Of a stretch of 64,000 nt of DNA, positions 35,748 to 46,083 are shown in pieces. The stretch is from assembly GCA_043228905.1 (NCBI GenBank), contig JBHGNT010000003.1, forward strand, positions 8,184,001-8,248,000, in the 5' to 3' direction. This DNA is from Azolla caroliniana (Eukaryota; Plantae; Polypodiophyta). A program made the translations under genes and the position numbers. The notes below the pieces were generated by a model. That model saw only the letters and a program-made list of their open reading frames with translations, did no database searches and was not told the origin of the DNA. Position 1 is the stretch's first letter, and the number at the start of each line of letters is the position of its first letter.

Positions 35748-38700
35748 TCACTTCGGCATGGGATGTCTCTCCAATCCGATCCTCTTCCGGCATGCTTCCA
35801 GCTTGTCGGGTGTGAGCACCTTGGTCAGCATATCCGACCCGTTCTCGTCCGTGTGGATCTTCGTCAGCACGAACTCCTTGTCTTCTATCCTTTCCCGGAT
35901 CCAGTGGTATCTACGCTGGATGTGTTTCGTCCGGGAATGGTAGGCCGCGTTCTTTGCAAGGTGGATGGCACTCTGACTATCGCAGTAGAGTCGGTACTCC
36001 TCCTGCCGGATCCCGAGCTCTCTAATGAAGTCCTTCATCCATATTATTTCCTTGCCGGCTTCAACAGCCGCCATGTACTCCGCCTCCGTGGTTGACAACG
36101 CAACCGTCTTCTGCAGCCTCGACTGCCACGAAACGGCTCCCCCCGCATAGGTCATCACATACCCGGATGTGGACCGGCTGGTATCTGCATCAGCCGACAT
36201 ATCCGAATCGGTAAAACCGTCAAGTTCGGGCTTACCGGAGCTGAATCGGAGGCACACGTTTGCCGTGCCCTTCAGGTATCGGAGTATCCAGTTGACCGCG
36301 TTCCAGTGCTCTTTGCCAGGATTGCTCATGTACTGGCTCACCACTCCAACTGCATATCCTATGTCCGGTCTCGTACACACCATGGTGTACATCAAGCTCC
36401 CGACGGCTGAGGCATACGGCACTTTCATCATATCCTCCTTTTCAGCCTTTGTCTTGGGACTTTGCTTGTTGGACAGCTTGCAGTTTGCCGGGAGAGTCGA
36501 CCCAACTGGTCTTGCTTCCGACATGTTGAACCGTTCAAGCACCTTTGTCACGTACTTCTCCTGTGACAGCCACAACTGCTTCTTCTTCCGGTCCCGGATG
36601 ATGTGCATCCCTAGTATTTGCCTCGCCGGACCCAGGTCCTTCATTGAGAAGGTTCGGTGAAGAGCCTTCTTCAGCATCCGTATCTTGACCTGGTCCCGTC
36701 CGACGATCAACATGTCGTCCACGTATAGGAGGAGTATTAGAAGGTCTCCTCCGTCGAACTTCTTCACAAACACGCAGTGGTCGGACTGCGTTTTGTAGTA
36801 CCCTTCATCGGTCATGATGGAGTCAAACTTTCGGTACCACTGCCGGGGAGCCTGCTTCAAACCATAAAGGCTCTTCTTCAACCGGCATACCAAGTGCTCC
36901 TTCTCTTTCTTCTCGAATCCTTCCGGTTGCTGCATGTATATCTCTTCTTCGAGGTCACCGTGAAGGAATGCCGTCTTCACGTCCATCTGTTCTACCTCGA
37001 GGTCCATGCTTGCCGCTATGCTCAGCACCGTCCGGATAGAGGTCATCTTCACTACCGGGGCAAATATCTCGTCGAAATCGACGCCCTTCTTCTGCTGGAA
37101 CCCCTTCACCACGATCCTGGCTTTGTATCTCGGGGGGTTTCCGGCATCTCCCGGTTTCAGCTTGAACACCCACTTGTTACGGAGTGCCCGTTTTCCTTTC
37201 GGCAACTCCACAAGTTCATATGTGTGGTTCTCATGCAGGGAATCCATCTCCTCCTGCATGGCACTTAACCACCTGCGGCTATGGGTGTCATGCTTTGCTT
37301 CTTCAAAGCTCTCCGGCTCCCCCTCGTCGGTTAGCAGCACGTGCTCTGGTTCCGGAAATCTCCGGGGAGCCCTTCTCTCTCTTAAAGGATATCTCCGTTC
37401 CGGAGCTTCGGTAACCGGCTCCTCCGTTTCCTCTTCATCCGAATCCATTTCGGGATCGGGGCCGGTTCCGGTATCAGTTTCATCTTCCTCGGCCGGTTCT
37501 GTTTCTTCATTGTCTTCGGCCGGATCCTCGAGTGCTAACCGGTCCCTTGCCGGTCGGGACTGGTCCTCGTGGAGTTGATTCTCACCGGTCAACTTGGAGC
37601 TCTTCATCTTCTTCTCCGACTCCCAGTCGGCGAGTGTCTTGTCCTCCATGAAGATGATGTCTCGACTCCTGAATATCTTCTTGTCGACCGGGTCCCATAC
37701 TCGGTAGCCGAACTCGTCGTCGCCGTAACCGAGGAATATGCATGGTCGGGTCTTTGGATCTAGCTTTCCTCTCCGGTCCTTTGCCACATGCACGTATGCG
37801 AGACACCCGAACACCTTCAGATGCCGGTAGGACACTTCCTTACCGGTCCACACTCTCTGTGGCGTGTCTCCATCCAGGGGTACTGAGGGTGATCTATTTA
37901 TCACATATGTCGCCGTCGACATTGCCTCAGCCCAAAATCCCTTGGGTAATTTCGCATGCGCCAGCATACTCCGGACCCTCTCCATTATGGTCCGGTTCAT
38001 CCTCTCGGCCAGCCCGTTCAGTTCCGGCGTCTTCGGCACAGTAAACTCGAGCCGGATTCCTTTCGAGCGACAGTACTCCGCGAACTGCCCCTGGTATTCC
38101 CCTCCGTTATCCGCTCGTATCGCTTTCAGCTTCTTTCCGGATTCTCTTTCTACTCTCGCGTGGAGTTCTTTGAAGACGGACAACACTTGGTCCTTTGTCT
38201 TCAACGGTGCCGTCCACAGCTTCCGGCTGTGATCATCAATGAATGTCACGAAGTACTGGGCTCCGCCATGTGACTTCGTTTCTACCTGACACACATCAGT
38301 GTGTACCAACTCCAATGGTACACTACGTCTCGTCGGTGGCCTTGAGTGGAAGGAGGTTCGGTTCTGCTTACCGGCCAGGCAGTCGGTGCACTTCTCCAGG
38401 TGCACGTGCTTCACTGGAATAAGGTTGTCTTCTGCAAGCCTCTTCATCCCCTTCTCACTCATGTGGCACAGTCTTTTGTGCCACAGCTCACCGGCAGTGT
38501 CGGCTGCCACATTCAGCTCTTCCGGACATAAACGGGCATTCATCAGGTACAGTGTGTTGACTTTCCGGGCCCGAGCCACTATCAGGCTCCCCTTGCTGAA
38601 CTTCATTACGCCGCTCCGGATGCTACCTGTGTAGCCTTCATCGTCTAGCCTCCCGGCCGAAATCAGGTTCAATCGAACCTCCGGAACGTGTCGGACATCC

Positions 38701-39806
38701 TTCAGCAGCATTTTGCATCCGGTCGAGGTTGTCAACCACACGTCTCCTATGCCGGCAATCCGGCACGTACCTTCATTTCCCATCCGAACACAGCCATGTT
38801 CACCGGCTGTGTATGATGAGAAGTATCTTCTTTCCGGGGTCAGGTGGAACGACGCTCCGGAATCGACCACCCAGGTCGTCTCATCGCCGGCAATGTTTAG
38901 TTCACCTTCTTCGGTGATGAGCATGATTTCTTCCTCACTTGCCGCGAGTGCCGTCGTTCCTTTCCTGTCCTGCCCTCGCCGATCCGGACCTCCCCGGTAT
39001 GCACCGTTTCTCTCCGGTGACTTCTTCGAATCGGTGTCGTCGGCTCCGTTGTCCTTTCGGTAATGCCGACAATTCTTCCGGAAGTGCCCCGGCTTCCCAC
39101 AGTGGAAGCATGTGGGTCTTCCTCTTGACTGCGACCGGGTCCCCGACTTCTCCCGTCTTTGCGGACTCCGGTTCCATTGTCTTCCCCGTTCCGATTCGGT
39201 AAGCAGCGCCTTCGAGTCGGAGGCCGGTTCTTTATCTCTCCGACGCGCTTCTTCGTTCAAAATGCTTGTCTTTACCGTTTGTAAGGACAAGTTATCTTCG
39301 GTGCAGGAGGTGCTGAGAGTCACCACCAAGTTCTCCCAGCTTTCCGGCAATGTACACATCAAAATGATGGCTTGCATTGCATCCTCCAACGGGAACTTGA
39401 TCGCCGCAAGCTGGTTCACGAATCCCATGAACGTGCTCACGTGTTCCACCATATTCTCGCCGTCCCGGTACTTGAGGTTCACTATCTTCCTCATCAGGGA
39501 GGTCCGGTTCAATGCATTCTTCCTCTCGTAGAGGCCCGACAGCTTCTTCCACATCTCATATGCGTTGGTGTCGTTCGCCACATGTTGCAGGACGCTTACA
39601 TCGACATATTGCCGAATCGTCGCTACGGCTTTCCGGTTCAGGAGCTTCCACTCCGACTCTATTACTCCCTTGGGTATCTCGGCATTGTCGATCAGTTCGT
39701 ACAGGTCTCGGACGATGAGAAGGTCTTCCATCTTTATCTTCCAGTCGGCGTAGTTCTGTGAGTTCAACACCATCATGCCCGGAGGCCCACTACCGCCGCC
39801 TTCCAT
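35748..39806 (-). CDS. Intact copia gag-pol polyprotein (~1352 aa from ATG 39806)
   Basis: Uninterrupted ORF: CFHCGKPGHFRKNC, VVDSGAS, HKRLCH..CTDC, integrase D-D-E (HTDVC, ADNGGEY, AERMN), LYVDDML, RNase H (FTDSD, TEAEY, YCDSQ). Confidence 0.96.
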   Translation of the reverse strand: MEGGGSGPPGMMVLNSQNYADWKIKMEDLLIVRDLYELIDNAEIPKGVIESEWKLLNRKAVATIRQYVDVSVLQHVANDTNAYEMWKKLSGLYERKNALNRTSLMRKIVNLKYRDGENMVEHVSTFMGFVNQLAAIKFPLEDAMQAIILMCTLPESWENLVVTLSTSCTEDNLSLQTVKTSILNEEARRRDKEPASDSKALLTESERGRQWNRSPQRREKSGTRSQSRGRPTCFHCGKPGHFRKNCRHYRKDNGADDTDSKKSPERNGAYRGGPDRRGQDRKGTTALAASEEEIMLITEEGELNIAGDETTWVVDSGASFHLTPERRYFSSYTAGEHGCVRMGNEGTCRIAGIGDVWLTTSTGCKMLLKDVRHVPEVRLNLISAGRLDDEGYTGSIRSGVMKFSKGSLIVARARKVNTLYLMNARLCPEELNVAADTAGELWHKRLCHMSEKGMKRLAEDNLIPVKHVHLEKCTDCLAGKQNRTSFHSRPPTRRSVPLELVHTDVCQVETKSHGGAQYFVTFIDDHSRKLWTAPLKTKDQVLSVFKELHARVERESGKKLKAIRADNGGEYQGQFAEYCRSKGIRLEFTVPKTPELNGLAERMNRTIMERVRSMLAHAKLPKGFWAEAMSTATYVINRSPSVPLDGDTPQRVWTGKEVSYRHLKVFGCLAYVHVAKDRRGKLDPKTRPCIFLGYGDDEFGYRVWDPVDKKIFRSRDIIFMEDKTLADWESEKKMKSSKLTGENQLHEDQSRPARDRLALEDPAEDNEETEPAEEDETDTGTGPDPEMDSDEEETEEPVTEAPERRYPLRERRAPRRFPEPEHVLLTDEGEPESFEEAKHDTHSRRWLSAMQEEMDSLHENHTYELVELPKGKRALRNKWVFKLKPGDAGNPPRYKARIVVKGFQQKKGVDFDEIFAPVVKMTSIRTVLSIAASMDLEVEQMDVKTAFLHGDLEEEIYMQQPEGFEKKEKEHLVCRLKKSLYGLKQAPRQWYRKFDSIMTDEGYYKTQSDHCVFVKKFDGGDLLILLLYVDDMLIVGRDQVKIRMLKKALHRTFSMKDLGPARQILGMHIIRDRKKKQLWLSQEKYVTKVLERFNMSEARPVGSTLPANCKLSNKQSPKTKAEKEDMMKVPYASAVGSLMYTMVCTRPDIGYAVGVVSQYMSNPGKEHWNAVNWILRYLKGTANVCLRFSSGKPELDGFTDSDMSADADTSRSTSGYVMTYAGGAVSWQSRLQKTVALSTTEAEYMAAVEAGKEIIWMKDFIRELGIRQEEYRLYCDSQSAIHLAKNAAYHSRTKHIQRRYHWIRERIEDKEFVLTKIHTDENGSDMLTKVLTPDKLEACRKRIGLERHPMPK

Positions 39807-39837
39807 TTTCTGTGTTACCGTTGCTCTGATACCAATT

Positions 39838-40605
39838 TGTAGCAAAACAGTGCTCGGCCACAACCGAGGAATAGGATCAACTCACAGAAAACGGGAAATA
39901 CAAAGTGCACGAGAACAATAGAGAGAAAGGTACACTGGATATTTTACGTGGAAAACCCTAAATGGGAAAAACCACGGGAGTTCTCAAACTCCAACTATCA
40001 CTATGAACAGGGATATACACTGGTGAAGCTGCAAGGCAACAACCTTGAGCTCACTGTCTTCGCCACAGGCGGCGGTAATACACAGAGGCAACTACCTCTT
40101 CGTCGCTCTCTCTCTCTCTCACTCTCTCTCGGCTGCTCCCTCACTTCGCATAAAATGAGCAACAACATTTAAACTGTTTGCCCCAAGTCATATTTATACA
40201 CATATGACTTTCGGGCTATTTACAAATATAGCCTCAAGGGCTCTTGGCAAACATATTCACAAATATGTCCCCGCATCCGGATCTCTCTCCGGGTACATTC
40301 GTCATCCGGCTCCGTAACCGGGGTCTTCATCATCCGGCTCCGTAACCGGGGTATTCATCATCCGACTCCGTAACCGGGGTCTTCATCATCCGGCTCCGTA
40401 GCCGGGGTATTCATCATCCGACTCCGTAACCGGGGTCTTCATCATCCGGCTCCGTAACCGGGGTCTTCATCATCTGGATCCGTAGCCGGGTACCCTTCAT
40501 CCGGCTTCATGCCGGGTACTCTTCATCACCCGGTTCCGTAACGGCCTCCGGGCTTGCCGTCATTCATCTCCGGACATCCCATCCGGAGGGACCGAAATCC
40601 CAACA
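39838..40605 (-). repeat. Internal variant LTR of E subfamily, with own PBS (39823-39834)
   Basis: TGTTGGGATT...GCTACA; shares U3/TATA core with the terminal LTRs but has different R/U5 and expanded repeats. Confidence 0.9.
40298..40493. repeat. 28-bp tandem repeat x7 in U3 (TTCATCATCCGGCTCCGTAACCGGGGTM)
   Basis: Unit starts 40298, 40326, 40354, 40382, 40410, 40438, 40466. Confidence 0.93.
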
Positions 40606-41297
40606 GGTCTTCCTCTTGACTGCGACCGGGTCCCCGACTTCTCCCGTCTTTGCGGACTCCGGTTCCATTGTCTTCCCCGTTCCGATTCGGTAAGCAGCGC
40701 CTTCGAGTCGGAGGCCGGTTCTTTATCTCTCCGACGCGCTTCTTCGTTCAAAATACTTGTCTTTACCGTTTGTAGGGACAAGTTATCTTCGGTGCAGGAG
40801 GTGCTGAGAGTCACCACCAGGTTCTCCCAGCTTTCCGGCAATGTACACATCAGGATGATGGCTTGCATTGCATCCTCCAACGGGAACTTGATCGCCGCAA
40901 GCTGGTTCACGAATCCCATGAACGTGCTTACGTGTTCCACCATACTCTCGCTGTCCCGGTACTTGAGGTTCACTATCTTCCTCATCAGGGAGGTCCGGTT
41001 CAACGCATTCTTCCTCTCGTAGACGCCCGACAGCTTCCGCCACATCTCATATGCGTTGGTGTCGTTCGCCACATGTTGTAGAACGCTCACGTCGACGTAT
41101 TGCCGAATGGTTGCAACCGCTTTCCGGTTCAGAAGCCTCCATTCCGACTCAAGTACCCCCTTCGGTATTTCCGACCTGTCAATCGGTTCGTACAGGTCCC
41201 GAACAATCAGAAGATCCTCCATCTTGATCTTCAAGTCGGCGTAATTCTGCACATTCAGCACCATCATCCCCGGCTGCCCGCTGCCGCCGCCTTCCAT
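40606..41297 (-). pseudogene. Truncated duplicate gag of E
   Basis: MEGGGSGQPG...QSRGRP, cut by the internal LTR just before the Zn-knuckle. Confidence 0.92.
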
Positions 41298-41327
41298 TTT
41301 CTGCAGCAGCTCGCTCTGATACCAAAT

Positions 41328-41896
41328 TGATGGAAATAATCGTCACTTTCCAAACTTCACCTCTCGGCCACAACCAAGGAAACACACGAATCGTTGTTGC
41401 AGAAAATGGGAAATGCGAAAAATAGAGTGGACACACGATTTAACGTGGAAAACCCTGTACGGGAAAAACCACGGGAGTACAAGACTCCGAACCAAAACTA
41501 TGCACAGAGGAATATACAATGGCGAGCTGCAAGGCGACGACCTTGAGCTCGCTGTCCTCGCCACAGGCGGCGGAATTACACAGAGGCGTCGACCTCTTCC
41601 TCTCTCACGCTCTATCTCTCTCACGACTGCTCTCTCTTCACTCCTCTTGAGTGGAAAAACAGAAAAATAAGTAGCAACCTCAAAACTGTTTGCCCTAAGT
41701 CATATTTATACACATATGACTTTCGGGCTTATTTACAAATGTAGCCTCAAGGGCCCTTGGCAAACATATTCACAAATATGTCCCCGCATCCGGATCTCTC
41801 TCCGGGTACATTCATCATCCGGCTCCGAAACCGGGTTTGCCGTCATTCATATCCGGACATCCGATCATCCCATCCGGAGGGACCGTAATCCCAACA
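41328..41896 (-). repeat. 5' LTR of E
   Basis: Followed on - strand by ATT + TGGTATCAGAGC. Confidence 0.95.
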
Positions 41897-44800
41897 ATCT
41901 TCGCGTTCCAGGCACGCGGGGCTTGCTTCAGTCCGTAAAGGGACTTCTTCAGTCGGCATATTGCTGAGGAGTTCGTTCCGGAGTGAAATCCGGGGGGCTG
42001 TACCATGTACACTTGTTCCTCAAGGTCACCTTGCAGGAACGCATTCTTTACATCCATTTGATGTAGGTGCCACCCCTTGGCCGCGGCTACTGCGAGCAAA
42101 ACACGAACGGTCGTCATTTTCGCGACCGGCGCAAATGTCTCATCATAGTCGATGCCGTGTTTCTGCACGTAGCCCTTTGCCACTAGCTGAGCCTTGTACC
42201 GGATGACCGAGCCATCGGTGTTGTACACCCACCTACACCCGATCGGTTTTACCCCTGTTGGTGCGTCAACCAGGTCCCAGGTCTCGTTCTCCGCCAATGC
42301 GTGCATCTCTCCCTCCATCGCGGCACGCCAATTCGCGTCTTTAGCCGCTTCTGCGTAGCTCTCCGGCTCACGCACTTCCGCTACACGGGTCATGTACGCA
42401 TAATGATGCGCCATGTACTCGTTGTATCCGAACCGCAAAACAGGATTCTTCTGGCGGGTAGATCGGCGTAATCTCGCATTAGCCGATGTCGAGGCCTTCT
42501 CAATCGACGCGGACTTCACTTTTAAAGACGCGTCACCGGTTCCCTCAGAGTCGGACTCGCGTCGGTCTGACTCGTTCCTATCCGTTCCGGAATCCGACAC
42601 CTTCTTCTTCCCTTTCTCTTTGCGTGTAAGCCATCTACTCGGCTTCCTGCGTGGGGAATGCACGGCCGAGTCTCCACTACTCGCCGGCTCTTTATCGGAC
42701 TAGTCGTACCGACTCAGTCGTCCAATTGGTCCACTTAACCGGAGTGAAATCGGACTCTCTTCGCGGGTCTCGATTTCGGGCTCATCCGGAGGCATCTCGG
42801 CCTCCCTGACCTCATCGTTAGAGCTCGGATTGGAGTCAGGGTTCGTAGTCGGGGGCAGGTACCAGGACGCGGACTCGTCAAACACAACGTCGCGGCTGAC
42901 ACACGCTTGTTTGGTGCGAGGGTTATAGCACTTATAACCCTTCTCCTTGTCCGACTAACCGACCAAGATGCATTTCTCGGCCTTTGCGTCCAGCCTCCTC
43001 CTTTTCTCCTTCGGTATATGCACATACGCAATGCTACCGAACACCCTCAAGTGTCGTAAGTTCGGCTTCGTTCCGAAATATAGCTCGTGCGCCGACACTT
43101 TGTCTCCAATCCGGTTCTGGATGTATACCGCGGTCCTTACCGCCTCGGCCCAGTAGAACTTGGGCAAGCTCTTCTCCTCCAGCATTGCTCGTGCCGCTTC
43201 CACAACTGACCGATTCTTCCTCTCGGCCACGCCGTTCTGCTCCGGCGTGTATCTACAACTGAATTCGCGCCGAATTCCCATTTGTTGTAGATAACTGTTG
43301 AATTGACCGGAGAAGTACTCTTTCCCGCCATCCGACCGCAGGCACTTGATCTTTCATCCCGTTTCCGTTTCCACGAAACCTTTGAGGTCCCGAAAGCAGT
43401 CGAAGACTTCGCTCTTCCTCTCAATGAGGTAGATCCGCGTGTGCCGCGTGTGGTCGTCAATGAAGGAGACGAAATATCGGCTCCCACCAAGACTAACGTT
43501 TTGTGCTGGCCCCCATACATCAGAGTGTATAAGGTCGAGCTTGTTCCGGCTCCGGTTTCGCTTGTTGGGGAAAGGAAGTCGGTGTTGCTTCCCGAGCTGG
43601 CAGGCTTCACAAATTTGTGCCTTTCGGCCACTAAATTTGGGCAATCTGAACACTACCTGTTTCGATTGCATATCTTGAAGCCGCTGGTGGTTGACGTGGC
43701 CTATCCGCTTGTGCCACAAGTCGATGTCCGACTCGGATTTTTGTCCCTTCGCGAACATTGCGGTGCCGCCGTCAATGGAGTCGAGGATGAAAATCCTCCC
43801 GTCTCTGAGCCCTTGCGCAATCACACGGCCTTCTTCCTCAATGAAGCACCCGAGGTGTGTAAACCGAACCTCCATCCCTTGGTCGACGATCTGTCCAACC
43901 GAGACCAAGTTTTTCGTGATTGTCGGAACGTGCAACACGTTCATGAGTTTCCCTTTCTGCCCGACATGGCTAAGGGGAACTTCTCCAACATTCGTGATCG
44001 GATGCGGAGTGTTGTCTCCTGTTGCGACTACTCCAGGTTGTATCGGTTTTTCAAGGTACGAGAACCACTCCTTATGGCTCGTCATGTGGTTTGACGTGCC
44101 GGAGTCTACGTACCACACCTCGTCCGATCTCGGGGTGCTCTGTTTCATTGAGTTTGCTTCATGTCTCGTCACGAATGCAGACCCTTCTCCGGCTCTCCCG
44201 GAGTCTTCGGCGTATTGCGATCGCTGCCGACTTCCCTTGTCGGTATGTCCGGAGCTATTTCCGGAACCGGTTCTCTCCAAATCGGCGCGCTTCTTCCAGC
44301 ACTCGCTTTCCCTGTGGCCTTTCTTGCCACAGTACCAGCACTCCGCGATGGCCTTCCCTTGCCAGTTCTCATTGCTTCGACTCCCCCTGTTTCCGGAGGG
44401 TCTGGAGTTGCTGTCAGCATCAGTTCGGTGCCTTCTTCCTTGATCTCGTCGGCCGCCTCCATTGCGCACCGACTCGCCTCGTCTGCCACGACCACGGGGC
44501 CTATCTCCCTCCGTGTACAGCATTTTACTGTCGGTGTGCGTGCTTGTAGACGCACCCGCATGGTTCTCCTCTACCAAGAGCATTGACTGTAAGTCAAAAA
44601 AGGACGGCGTATTCTCCCGGGTACACACAGCCGTTCGGAACGCTCCGAACTTCGACGTGAAACCTCCGAGACAGATCTGGACCATCTCGCTCTCCTCGAT
44701 GTTCACCTCTTTGGAGGCGAGGGAGTCGCAGATATCCTTGATCTTCGAGGTATAGTCCGCCACCGACAAGTCGCATTGTCGTAGGTTGCTCAACTCCTGT

Positions 44801-45126
44801 CGGAGCTGAAGCTTCCTCGTTGTGGTGCTCGCGACGAAAATCTTCTTCAGATTTTCCCACGCACCCTTCGGCGTCTTTGCATCCCGAACATAGCTCAATA
44901 GTTGTTCGCCCACACACGACGCGAAGCAATATAATACCCTGCTCGCCGATTGCTCCCATGACGGGAAGTCTCTGTGTGTCGATTCGGGTGCCACGTCATT
45001 AGCTCCTTCGACATAACTCCAGTAGCCGTGCCCGAGCAGGTACTGGTGCATCTTGTAGGACCAAGACGCGTAGTTGGTTCTGTCGAGCTTCTCTGTTGGA
45101 AGCGAGCTCGCCATGCCTCTATCCAT
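41897..45126 (-). pseudogene. A' gag-protease-integrase-RT N-half
   Basis: ORF pieces 43354-45126 (590 aa), 42955-43281, 41815-42663. Confidence 0.92.
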
Positions 45127-45189
45127 CGTTCTTCTTCGTCAAGTTGTGTCGGCTGCAGAGAGGTTCTCAACCCTCGCGCTCTGATACCA

Positions 45190-45564
45190 TGTAAAAAGTG
45201 GCGTGCGGAAGCAAGTATAAAGACATAACAAAAGGAAGAACACTCAAGTTTAATGGAGAGCTTGAGCTTACGCAGTATACTCGGGAGAAACCAAGAGAGT
45301 GAGAGAAGACATGGAAAGGAGAATATATTCAAGAAAGACCAAAAAAACAATACATATATGTGTTCAATGAACACTTTGTACAAGTCCTAGAAGGACTGAC
45401 CGAAGTACTGACAGTACTTCAATGCTCATTAAGAGCTCCTACACTAACTCCCAAATATATTCCTCACGGAATATCTTTCCTAACGGTCTAACCAATCGGT
45501 CCCAACCGATCCGGTGCTCGGCTTCTTCAGCCGAGCCGGCCGATGTTGAGCTTGTCTCTCAACA
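45190..45564 (-). repeat. 5' LTR of copia A'
   Basis: PBS adjoins directly; TSD ATCCA at 45565-45569. Confidence 0.95.
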
Positions 45565-45681
45565 ATCCATCGGTAACCCATAAAAACAAAATAAGCCAAT
45601 TCAGGACCTGTTAGGTTTTAGTAGCAATAAATCTAGCCATTTTAGTTAGTCTATCAACCACAACCCAAATGGCATCATGGT

Positions 45682-46062
45682 TGTTTTGGGTGCGAGGAAG
45701 TGTAAAGAATCAATAGTGATTCTATGCAACAGAAGAGATATGGGTGTGTATGTGTGTGTGTGAGAGAGAGAGAGAACACAATGTATATAGAAAACAAGAA
45801 AAATGTAATAACAAGAAGCAAGAATGAACCAACAACACAAAGTGAAGGAGAAGGTGCTTATGTAGTCACATTCTCTCTAAGTTCTCTCACTAGAACCACC
45901 TCTTGGGAAAGAGGTGGAGTCTTAACTATTTATGAAATATGTGTCATAGGACTTAAAGTTCTATGACAGACAAGTTACTATATAGTAGGATGTGGGGTGT
46001 TCACACGCTTGAGATACTAAGGTGTGTTCCCACACTAGGGAAGTTGAGTTTGATTCTCAACA
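45682..46062 (-). repeat. 3' LTR of an unidentified LTR element
   Basis: TGTTGAG...AAAACA on - strand preceded by PPT-like AGAAGGGGGCA. Confidence 0.65.
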
Positions 46063-46083
46063 TGCCCCCTTCTAAGAGAATAG

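Larger units (their letters stand above)
35169..41896 (-). mobile_element. Young Tnt1-like copia E with three LTRs
   Basis: 569-bp terminal LTRs 35169-35737 and 41328-41896 (3 differences by eye), TSD ATCTT, internal variant LTR 39838-40605, two iMet PBS. Confidence 0.96.
33228..45564 (-). mobile_element. Full-length copia A', interrupted in RT by element E
   Basis: 375-bp LTRs 33228-33602 and 45190-45564 (~11 differences by eye), PBS 45178-45189, PPT 33603-33614, TSD ATCCA. Confidence 0.96.
25087..45681 (-). mobile_element. Shattered second chromovirus copy (pieces 25087-25102, 30982-31537, 31921-32340, 33043-33227, 45565-45681)
   Basis: Pieces are collinear with 9600-11069 once the inserts are removed; chromodomain/PPT deleted near 31407. 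Confidence 0.85.

Noticed and set aside
39807-39863. ORF-track start at 39863 for the 1371-aa polyprotein
   Set aside because: Non-ATG start inside the LTR/PBS; ATG 39806 matches the start in the other E copies.
40298-40493. 28-bp repeats as a CRISPR array
   Set aside because: Units are head-to-tail with no unique spacers, lie inside an LTR, and no cas genes are present.
43303-44755. Long antisense and alternate-frame ORFs (e.g. 263 aa, 250 aa; also 579-1370) recurring between copies
   Set aside because: Shadows of GC-rich gag-pol; recurrence reflects nucleotide similarity of the copies and no domains are recognisable.
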